Part shown: one piece after another, positions 1-9,238 of the stretch
Layout of the letters: each line of letters starts with the position of its first letter
Numbering within the stretch: position 1 is the first letter of the stretch
Assembly: GCF_000014265.1 (NCBI RefSeq)
Contig: NC_008312.1
Span: forward strand, 6,060,001-6,092,000
Reading direction: 5' to 3'
Length of the DNA: 32,000 nucleotides
DNA from: Trichodesmium erythraeum IMS101
Lineage (GTDB): Bacteria > Cyanobacteriota > Cyanobacteriia > Cyanobacteriales > Microcoleaceae
The notes under the pieces: generated by a model
Databases searched by the model: none
What the model was told of the DNA's origin: nothing
The model's input: the letters and a program-made list of their open reading frames with translations, nothing else
Position numbers and translations under genes: made by a program

Positions 1-3000
1 AATTTCGAGTTCCTCTAACTCCTGGGGATGGCTAATCAAATAATCATTTAACCACTGGCAACCACGTTTAGTTAAATCTTCTATTCGCCAACCTGTCCAC
101 AACTTCACTGTTTTGTCAGCACTTGCAGTTGCAATAGTCTTTCCATCGGGACTAAATGCTACAGCTTCGACCGAACTCTCATGGCCGGTGAGAGTCTGCA
201 ATAATTTCCCCTGACGGTTCCACAACTTCACTGTATTGTCACGACTGGCAGAAGCAATAGTCTCTCCATCGGGACTAAATGCTATACCATAGACCGAATT
301 CTTATGGCCGGTGAGAGTCTGCAATAATTTCCCCTGACGGTTCCACAACTTCACTGTATTGTCACGACTAGCAGTTGCTATAGTCTCTCCATCGGGACTA
401 AATGCTATACCATAGACCGAATTCTCATAGCCGGTGAGAGTCTGCAATAATTTCCCCTCACGGTTCCACAACTTCACTGTTGTCCCACTGGCAGAAGCGA
501 TAGTCTTTCCATCGGGACTAAATGCTATACCCCGGACCTCCTTCTCATGGCTGGTGAGAGTCTGCAATAAATTCCCCTCACGGTTCCACAACTTCACTGT
601 TTTGTCACGACTTGCAGAAGCAATAGTCTCTCCATCGGGACTAAATGCTATACCCAAGACCCAATTCTTATGGCCGGTGAGAGTCTGCAATAATTTCCCC
701 TGACGGTTCCACAACTTCACTGTTTTGTCATGACTGGCAGTTGCAATAGTCTCTCCATCGGGACTAAATGCTATACCATTGACCCCATTCTCATGGCCGG
801 TGAGAGTCTGCAATAATTTCCCCTGACCGTTCCACAACTTCACTGTTTTGTCACCACCAGCAGTTGCAATAGTCTCTCCATCGGGACTAAATGCTATACC
901 ATAGACCGAATTCTCATGGCCGCTGAGAGTCTGCAATAATTTCCCCTGACGGTTCCACAACTTCACTGTTTTGTCACCACCAGCAGTTGCAATAGTCTCT
1001 CCATCGGGACTAAATGCTATACCAAAGACCCCATTCTCATGGCCGGTGAGAGTCTGCAATAATTTCCCCTGACGGTTCCACAACTTCACTGTTTTGTCAC
1101 CACCAGCAGTTGCAATAGTCTCTCCATCGGGACTAAATGTTATACCCCAGACCGAATCCTTATGGCCGGTGAGAGTCTGCAATAATTTCCCCTGACGGTT
1201 CCACAACTTCACTGTATTGTCACCACTTGCAGAAGCAATAGTCTCTCCATCGGGACTAAATGCTATACCATAGACCCCCTTCTCATGGCCGGTGAGAGTC
1301 TGCAATAAATTCCCCTGACGGTTCCACAACTTCACTGTATTGTCACCACCAGCAGTTGCAATAGTCTCTCCATCGGGACTAAATGCTATACCATAGACCC
1401 AATTCTCATGGCCGGTGAGAGTCTGCAATAAATTCCCCTGACGGTTCCACAACTTCACTGTATTGTCACCACCAGCAGTTGCAATAGTCTCTCCATCGGG
1501 ACTAAATGCTATATCCCAGACCCCCTTCTCATGGCCGGTGAGAGTCTGCAATAATTTCCCCTCACGGTTCCACAACTTCACTGTTTTGTCATGACTGGCA
1601 GTTGCAATAGTCTCTCCATCGGGACTAAATGCTATATCCCAGACCCCCTTCTCATGGCCGGTGAGAGTCTGCAATAATTTCCCCTCACGGTTCCACAACT
1701 TCACTGTATTGTCAGCACTTGCAGAAGCAATAGTCTCTCCATCGGGACTAAATGCTATACCATAGACCTCATTCTCATGGCCCTGAATACGATTAATTTC
1801 TCTAAATTCATCATCTTTGTTGCGTTTGTAAACTGCGAAGCGGAGGGCATTTGTAATCTCACTAGCTTCATCAGTTGCTGGAAATTCACTATCAATTTGT
1901 TTTTGCCTTGCTTTCATAGCAGTCATCAACCCATCCCATCGCTGACCTGAAAGAGATAACTCTCTAGACTTATTTGCCTCAGTAATAGCATTTTTCTTTT
2001 TTTCTTGTCTAGATAGTTTCAGTTCCTCTATTATTTTATCTCCTTTCCTTTGCCGAATGAACCAAACCAAATAATCATGTACTAACTGATAACGAGCTGC
2101 TGGTTTTTTTGGCAGCAAAAATACTAACCCCGAACCCACAAAAATATTTAATGCTAACTCTAACTTCTCCGGATTTAATTGGCTTTCTTTCACCAACTCA
2201 GCCTTAGTTTTCAGAGGTCGAGTATTATTTTCATCCGTCAATAACCACAACACCACCCAAGCCAATTTTTCATTTTCTTCCCCACAGTCTTTCACTACTG
2301 ATTTTAAAGAGCTCTCTACCAATTCTACTTGAGGATTATCTCCTAATTCTTGATATTTTGCCAAAGTCGTAATTTGATCTTCCTGGAGTTGTGCCCCTAC
2401 TACTTGTAACTCAATAGGACGAATTTCTCCAGACTGCTTTCCTAAGTCTTCCAGTAACTTTTCTGTTAGATTTTTCTCTATTTTAAATAGAGAATTTTCT
2501 GTTAATCTTTCAATAACTAATTTGGCGTTATCCGGTGAAAAATTACCCAGAAAATAAAGTATATTTTTACTTAAAATATCATTATTAATTGCATCTAAAT
2601 TACCCAAACGATTAAGCTCTAATAAATAATGAATATAATCTTCTCTCAATGAAAAAACTATTTTCAAAAAAGGTATTTCCAAACATTTTTGGAGAAACTC
2701 AGCAAATAGTCGTTTATCTTTTGGTTCCATATTGGTCTTGGCAAAGAAAAATTCCTCAAATTGATCAAAAATGATTACCGTCAGTAGATTTAATTTATCA
2801 TTACCATTATTTTTCAACTGATCAAAAATTGCTTCAGGGGAATTTAGACTCTCTGAATTAACTTTTAAATTGGGAATTATTTGTAATTTTTCCGCTAAAA
2901 TTGTTCCTAATTCGGAAATCCAATTAACATAAACTCGTTGTAAAACTACTACTACATCACGAGTATTAATTGGTTTTGCCTCTAAAATCGGAACTAATCC

Positions 3001-4635
3001 AGCTTGTAAAATTGAACTCTTGCCTACCCCTGATTCCCCATAAATAACTATTAATTTATGGTCATTACGACTAATTCTTTCCAGCAATTTTTCCACATCA
3101 AGTTCTCGTCCAGATGCTGCTATTTCTTGTGTAAGTTTTTGTTGATTAATTCTCTGTTTTGACTGAGGTAAAGCCAAATTGATATTTTCTTTTATATCTC
3201 TCAAATAATTAGGACCAATAAAAGCTATCAATCCAAATTGTTGTTTTATTTTTTGTATTTCTTGCTTTAATTCAAAAGCCTTTAAATATTCTTTTTGTTG
3301 ATAATATATTTCTCGTAATTCTGTGATAATTTTGATGCAAAATTCATGATTATACTTAGGGTTTATCGTAGATTTAGCCAGTTCCAAAGTGGCTATAGCT
3401 GATTTGATTTTACCATTACCTTTTTCAGATTTTGCCAAAGAAAATAAATATCTACCTTGATGATAATAGCGTTCCCAATCTAAGGTTTTTTTATCCTCAT
3501 TTGAAGTAGGAGAAGATGCATAATCTAGAGTTTGGTTAAAAATTTTTATAGCAGTTTCAGAAAATTTTTTAGCTTTTTTATAATTGCTATTTGCCAATTC
3601 AAACTCAGCTAGAAAATTGTAAGCACGAGCTTCTCGAAATGGATAAGAATAGGCTTTATGTAATTCTATTGCCCTATTCCCCACAGTATTCAACTCATCC
3701 CAACGTTTCAAAGTCTGCAAAATTGTTCCCCAAGCGTTGATAAACTTAGCAACTAAATCTCGACGGTTAACTGTTTCAAAGCCTTCTATTACCTGTTGAA
3801 AATAAGAGCAAGCTTTCTCATAAGCCATATTTTTTTCTGCTTTATGTTCAAACCCGTAAGTCTGCCACCATAAACCCAGATAATAATAAGTGTGAGCTAC
3901 TCGCAACGGGTTATTAAGTTGTTGCCAAAGTTCCAGACTCCGTTCATAATGGTCTAGTGCTATTTTAGTAGAATTATCTGCCATCCTACCTAAAACAAAT
4001 TCCAGACTTGCCTCCAATTCTGACTCTAGGCTGATTCCTCTATTTGTCAATTCTTGCTGTGCGTCTAACAATTTTTGATAAGTAGACTCTACCAAACCCA
4101 GGTCAGCATCATCTAAAAATATTCCTTCCCCACTTTCTAATATTTTCTGATAAACACTCTCACTCGTCTGCTGAATAAAATCTCTTAATTCTGGAGTAGT
4201 AGTTTCAAATACAGTCAGACTTGTCCAACTTTCAAAATCAGGAATTAAGCGAATAAACTTCCGGGAAATCTCTTGATCTATCCACAAAAGTATTGGGAAT
4301 TGATAATTATTTTTAAACTCTTCACGCACTAACCCCATTGATACCAGTATTTGATCAATATTCCGGTTCGACTCCAAACCCCAAACCATTAACCCATCTG
4401 GTTGTTGCTCTCCTAAATGTTGGCCAATAGTAGTATAAAGTTTTTCAACTGACGCATCCACCTCCAATATTGCTAAATCTCCAGAAAAAGAAGTCTGGAG
4501 CTTTTCCATTAGCCGTCGACGCTGAGTTTGATAATTACAACTGGCTAAAAATAGTCGAAAGTCTCCTTGAGACATTTCCAGAGCAAATATTAGCTCAGAT
4601 AATAATTCGACTTCATTTTGATCAGGATCAATCAT
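1..4635 (-). CDS. STAND/NLR-like NTPase with WD40 array, large gene of cassette 1 (partial; the C-terminal tail lies beyond the left window edge)
   Basis: Absent from the ORF track because there is no stop codon inside the window. Hand translation of the reverse strand from the ATG at 4635-4633 gives [65 protein letters not shown]. The frame is unchanged at checkpoints 3060 ([20 protein letters not shown], Walker A), ~2800 ([14 protein letters not shown], Walker B), 1800 ([20 protein letters not shown]) and 120 ([28 protein letters not shown]). It is colinear with the 1599-aa product of 20614..25413. Confidence 0.85.
   Translation of the reverse strand, partial: [1545 protein letters not shown]
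97..1782 (-). repeat. Coding tandem array of 14 WD40 units of 123 bp (41 codons); one unit is 120 bp
   Basis: The string ccacaacttcactgt (antisense of TVKLW) recurs 14 times at about 97, 220, 343, 463, 583, 706, 829, 952, 1075, 1198, 1321, 1444, 1567 and 1690. All 14 units were translated by hand and fit the consensus [41 protein letters not shown]. Confidence 0.92.
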
Positions 4636-5948
4636 TTTTTCAATTCCACTGCATCTTTCAATATAGGATTAATATCAAACCAAGATCCTTCATCATCTCG
4701 GTATTCATAGACAAACATACTCCGAATCAACTTTTGATATCCATCATCACCTGTAACTTTTTTAGTTTGTGCTACTTGGCGCAACAACTCCCACTCTTGA
4801 TCATCTACTGCCAGAGTACGTTCATTGCGAAAATTTTGAATTACCTTGTTCAGGTTTTCACTGGATATCGGCAACCCTTTTTGCTTTTTAATAGCCTCAT
4901 TGAGTATCCGCAATATATTTCTCACATGACCCCCACTCATTTTACATAGATGATCTAAAGTTTCGGTACTGTCAAAAATTTCAGTTATTTTCTCTAGACG
5001 TTGTTGTTCTCCCAAATGGGGAAATGCTCTTGCTAAAACTAACTGCCTGAGTTTTGCCATTCCTTCTCCAAATTCCTTACCATCCCGCAACTGCATAGAA
5101 ACCATTGGCAAGACTTGGGGGTCGGTTTTGAAGCGTTGAGTTAATCTATTATAGTCATTGGAAAATCGCAGTGCTAGAGGTAGAGTATAAATTACATGAC
5201 AATGGAGACTTGCTAGTTGTTCGCCGCGATCAACAAATAGATATTCTGGTTGAGATCGCCCCCAAGGTTTTGGGGCACTATCAACTTTATCAAGGTTGTC
5301 AACTATAACTACTAATCCCTTTTTGTCGCGCTGCTTCAGCTTTTCGTGAGCTGGTTCGAGTAACTCTTGGTTTATTGTTTCAATAATTCCATTGCTACGA
5401 GGCCCGAGATAGTCTCTGAGTTTGCTGCGGAGTTGGGGACTAGCTTTGGCCTGAGCAGTTATTTTGGCAATTCCAAAAGAAAGCTCAACTCCAGGAGATA
5501 TTTCTATTTCTGTCTGCAATAGTCTCATAGCTCCCTCAATTTGACGTTTGAATCTTGTGGGTTCACCTAAATTGAGCTTCTCCCGGGTCTTCAAACTTTC
5601 GATGACTTGTCGAGCTATAGTTAGAAGAATATCACTGACGTCTATATCTCCCATTTCTAGGTCTTTGTCTGACTCAAAATAGACGACGTGAAAGCCTTCT
5701 GCTTCTAATAGTTGTTTGAGTAGCCAGAGTTCGGTAGATTTACCACAACCAATATGTCCGGTGAATAGTTGACAGGTAGGTTCGTCGGGAAACCACATAG
5801 CAATATTGTCTTTGAGGTCTTCTATTATTTTTCCCCCCCGTACTGAGGAGAAGTCAATATAGTATTTTTCCTCTATTTCCTGGTTATCTTTGAATAGGGC
5901 TTTACCAGGGTTTGTTGCCTGAAAGAAAGCTTTGACATTTACGCTCAT
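4632..5948 (-). CDS. Stand-alone P-loop NTPase (minimal STAND/ORC-Cdc6-like ATPase), small gene of cassette 1
   Basis: 438-aa ORF in the track. It has Walker A FTGHIGCGKSTEL and Walker B GLVVIVDNLDKVD. It is roughly three-quarters identical to the 19121..20560 product over the stretches I compared. Its TGA overlaps the ATG of the downstream large gene (ATGA at 4632-4635). The exact family was not determined. Confidence 0.8.
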   Translation of the reverse strand: MSVNVKAFFQATNPGKALFKDNQEIEEKYYIDFSSVRGGKIIEDLKDNIAMWFPDEPTCQLFTGHIGCGKSTELWLLKQLLEAEGFHVVYFESDKDLEMGDIDVSDILLTIARQVIESLKTREKLNLGEPTRFKRQIEGAMRLLQTEIEISPGVELSFGIAKITAQAKASPQLRSKLRDYLGPRSNGIIETINQELLEPAHEKLKQRDKKGLVVIVDNLDKVDSAPKPWGRSQPEYLFVDRGEQLASLHCHVIYTLPLALRFSNDYNRLTQRFKTDPQVLPMVSMQLRDGKEFGEGMAKLRQLVLARAFPHLGEQQRLEKITEIFDSTETLDHLCKMSGGHVRNILRILNEAIKKQKGLPISSENLNKVIQNFRNERTLAVDDQEWELLRQVAQTKKVTGDDGYQKLIRSMFVYEYRDDEGSWFDINPILKDAVELKK

Positions 5949-6113
5949 AATATTTATTGATTTATATGTACTTCATTGATTTTATAATATACATCTCCAG
6001 ATTTAGTTAAGACAATATTAAATAATAAAAGGCCAAATTTTTGACTCTGAAATAGTAATTTTTTTCTGGATTTTGTAATTTATTTGGTGGATTTTATGTG
6101 GAGAAAAAAACTG

Positions 6114-7544
6114 TTAAATTTTACTTAAAATTAATTTCATTCTAGGGTTATCTTTGAGCTGAGATTTATTATTTTTTAAAAATTGCCAATATCTGTCTGT
6201 CCATAGTTTTATCCACCCATTATCTTTATAATCTGACATTTTTTTGATATAAGCACCCCCAGAAATATATGGTTTAGTGGCAAAAAAACCACCATCTGCA
6301 AATAAACCCATTCCGTAAACATTGGGAACCATTACCCACTCGTATGCATCTACAAATTGAGATAAAAACCACTCATAACATTCTTTAGGATTATAGGAGT
6401 TTAAAGTCATCCAATTTGATAATATCATTAACCTCTCAATATGATGTGCCCAACTAAGTTTAGACACTTTTTCTATGGCTAATGTTAGGGGGATATTTTC
6501 TGGTAAATCTTTTAAGTCATAAAAGTAGTCTGGTAATTTTTCTTGAGCTTTAAAGAAATTGAGTTCCCTAAAGTTTTCATCGTATTTAAACTCATATAAA
6601 AGTTTCATCCATTCCCTCCAGCCAATAATTTGCCGAATAAAACCTTCTATGGAATTATAAAAGTCTTCTAAATTATTGTTTTTTTCAACATAATTTAAAA
6701 CTTCTTGCAAGACATAACTGGGTGTTAATAATCCATTATTTAACATCGGACTTAAGACAGAATGAAAAACAAAATTATCTCGATTAGTAAGAGCATCTTC
6801 ATAGTTTCCAAACAGTCTGAAACGGGTTTCTAAGAATTCTTGTAGTTTTTGTTTAGCTTGTTTGTGATTGATGGGTAACCAACTTTTTTGCAAATCTAAA
6901 TATCCGGGATTATTCGTATATAATTCGGAAATTGTTTGGGCGACATTTTGGTAATTATTTGACTTAAATTCCCAAATTGAAGATGGTAAACTTACATTTT
7001 TTGGTAGCTTTTTTCTATTTTCTGAGTCGAAAGACCATTTGCCAAATTTAGGTTTGTTCTGGTCAACAAAGATATTTAGTCTTTTTCTCTGCCAAATATA
7101 AAAGCTATTCATTAAATATTTCTGTTTGGAATGCTCTAGGTATTTTTGAAAGTCTAGGTTTGTAGTTAAAAAAGAGGGTGATTGTAATTCTTGGGATTCT
7201 AATTTTAAATTGTGGATAATTTCCCCGATCAATTTTCTAACTGGTTTATCTGAAATTGAGGTAAATTGAAGTTTTGTATAACTAAATTCTTTAACTAACT
7301 TTTTGATAGCATCTTCAAAATTCAGGTGTTGATTTAATTCAAAATAATAGACTTTTTTACCTTTTGAAATAAGTAAATCTCGATATTCTCTCAGACAGGT
7401 TAATATATAGGTAAGTTTAAACTTATGATAGTTGAGGCGGTTGCACAGCTCCTTTGACTCTACTAATACAAAATCTGTATCAGTCTCGAAAGCTGGATGA
7501 GACTCAAAAAGCTGGTTAGCAAGAATTAAAGTTAAAGTTTTCAT
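6114..7544 (-). CDS. Cryptochrome/photolyase-superfamily protein of the DPRP / FeS-BCP (prokaryotic 6-4 photolyase-like) type
   Basis: 476-aa ORF. The N-terminus MKTLTLILANQLF and the C-terminal block WAHHIERLMILSNW..FVDAYEWVMVPNVYGMGLFADGGFFATKPYISGGAYIKKMSDY match my recollection of the deoxyribodipyrimidine photolyase-related family. Confidence 0.8.
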   Translation of the reverse strand: MKTLTLILANQLFESHPAFETDTDFVLVESKELCNRLNYHKFKLTYILTCLREYRDLLISKGKKVYYFELNQHLNFEDAIKKLVKEFSYTKLQFTSISDKPVRKLIGEIIHNLKLESQELQSPSFLTTNLDFQKYLEHSKQKYLMNSFYIWQRKRLNIFVDQNKPKFGKWSFDSENRKKLPKNVSLPSSIWEFKSNNYQNVAQTISELYTNNPGYLDLQKSWLPINHKQAKQKLQEFLETRFRLFGNYEDALTNRDNFVFHSVLSPMLNNGLLTPSYVLQEVLNYVEKNNNLEDFYNSIEGFIRQIIGWREWMKLLYEFKYDENFRELNFFKAQEKLPDYFYDLKDLPENIPLTLAIEKVSKLSWAHHIERLMILSNWMTLNSYNPKECYEWFLSQFVDAYEWVMVPNVYGMGLFADGGFFATKPYISGGAYIKKMSDYKDNGWIKLWTDRYWQFLKNNKSQLKDNPRMKLILSKI

Positions 7545-8687
7545 CTAAGTACAGAACAAAAAGCTTGGCTTATAGAACAGGAAAAGGTTTCATAGAACTT
7601 AAACCATAATCTCCATGAAACCTAAATCTTTGAAAAATTAGTCTACTACAAACAACTTTAAAAAACCACTTTTCTTGCCATAGATCCACAATTAAATTTC
7701 TCCATTTATTTATCATAGCTGTATTTAGAGAAATATCAACTTGGCACAAATAGCAACTGCATTTTCATCTAATGCTCAAGTAAGTTCTAATTACAAACAC
7801 CTACAAAGGTTTTTCCCCATTTTGACATAGATAACAGAGAATTCCTCCAGGCTATGACTGCTATCATAGACTGCTCGCAAAAATGGGTTTTGAGTAATTA
7901 CCGAACTCAGTGGTAGCTTGGTAAACATACATACAATATTCTCATGTTAGGAATTATTTATCAAGGCTTGGCAATTCCCATAGTTGGGCAGATGTTACCC
8001 AACTATGGGAATTCCCAAACATCAGAACGTCTAAATATGATGGAGAAATTTGCCTTTTTATTAGGTCACCAAAGAGTCGGATATCTAAAAGTAGATAGAG
8101 AATTTTTGGGCAAACAATAGTTTAAATATCTTTCTGGTAATGGGGGGTTTCCCATCAGTATTCGTCACACAGACTTAATTGGTGAGAGACCCCAATATTT
8201 GCCTTTTTCGTAATTTTTAGCAATTTAACCATTGGTTAAATTAGAAGTTTCTCCAAACCTCCTCGTATTTGGGGAATGTGGATGTATATATCAGCCTTAA
8301 TACTAGAATTACAAGAACTATTGATAGTGGTAGCGTTGGCAGAGGGTAACGGTGGCAACTATATCGCTCAGGGGCTAGTGAGATTTAATATTATGGTCGT
8401 CGCTGGCAGATGGAAACCTTGTTTGGTTGCGTTCAAAGTAGAGGTTTTGACCTTGAGTCTATTCATATAACTAAGCCTGAACATCTAACTAAATGATATT
8501 TTTATTGACTTTGAAACTGTGTTGGGCACACCAGGCAGGTGTTGGCTTAGGTGAGTATCGTCCTGTGCTCGTCAAAAAACATGGGGGTAAAATTCAAATT
8601 TTTTTTCCTATGATCTAGATTTTTGGTGTAATATTTTCTTGGATATACTTAGCAAAATAGCTAATTTTCATTTAGAGTAAATCTTAG
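7545..8687 (+). mobile_element. Decayed IS4-family-like insertion sequence with a frameshifted, stop-interrupted DDE transposase
   Basis: Transposase-like fragments occur in several + frames. They include NINLAQIATAFSSNAQVSSNYKHLQRFF (~7732-7815) and WVLSNYRTQW*LGKHTYNILMLGIIYQGLAIPIVGQMLPNYGNSQTSERLNMMEKFAFLLGHQRVGYLKVDREFLGKQ* (~7884-8120). YGRRWQMETLFGCVQSRGFDLES (8392-8460) carries a Y-2-R-3-E-6-K signature with the K replaced by Q, and LKLCWAHQAGVGLGEYRPVLVKKHGGKIQIF lies at ~8510-8605. The left terminal 16-mer ctaagtacagaacaaa (7545-7560) recurs at 25457-25472. The right end (tttagagtaaatcttag, 8671-8687) is only a weak inverted match. Confidence 0.72.
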
Positions 8688-9238
8688 TTTTAATTTGATA
8701 TGTATAGTTTTGGAAGATTAAATAAACACTCTATGTTGTTGGAAATTAAGCAAAAAAAAATGCTAAAGCCCAAATTAAGTCAAAGTTTATAGTGCTTTTA
8801 ATTCCTCACATACTGAAAAGCTGATATAGTTAAATTTTAAGCCTTTTCAATTTTCACAATTCCCACAACTCTACTGTATGTGGAAAGTATATTCAATAGA
8901 AGTGCCATAAACCAGGGTTTATTAAGAAGGACTTAGAGTTTATTTAACAGATGTGTTAGCCTTGCCTCCTAAGGGGGAAGTCAAAAGTAATCTCACTGAT
9001 CAAGCTTTCGAGCTCTAAATGCTCTGAAAATAAGATTTGTCAATATCCACACTCTTTTTAGGATAGTGGTATATTGACTATGATTATCTGATCAAAATAC
9101 TATAAGCTGTTTAATATTTCAACTATATATCTTAAATTTTTGACAAAAAGTAAGACCAGAACTGAGAAAGAAAAGCAGATAAAGATAAAATTATTTGTCT
9201 TAACTGATCGAAAATAACCATTGAAAAATATTCAACTT

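Noticed and set aside
434-703. 89-aa plus-strand ORF with an internally repetitive translation
   Set aside because: It is the antisense reading of the WD40 repeat array. The minus-strand frame gives canonical WD40 units and is continuous over 4.6 kb.
97-1782. Regularly spaced near-identical repeats that might be mistaken for a CRISPR array
   Set aside because: The 123-bp period is head-to-tail with no unique spacers. The repeats are in frame and translate to WD40 blades on the minus strand.
4360-4385. ggttcgactcc, a tRNA T-loop-like string
   Set aside because: The flanks cannot form a T-stem (tccgg is not complementary to ccaaa), and no acceptor or anticodon arms are present. It lies inside the coding sequence.
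4470-4949. 159-aa plus-strand ORF spanning the junction of the two cassette-1 genes
   Set aside because: It is antisense to two well-supported minus-strand genes. Its sequence is low-complexity with no recognisable motifs.
8276-8470. 64-aa ORF inside the IS remnant
   Set aside because: It is out of frame with the transposase signature. The adjacent frame reads YGRRWQMETLFGCVQSRGFDLES, so this ORF is a by-product of pseudogene decay.
8862-8877. cccacaactctactgt resembles the antisense TVKLW core of the WD units, a possible WD-repeat relic
   Set aside because: The match is only ~15 nt with mismatches, with no flanking similarity to a unit. It is too short to support.
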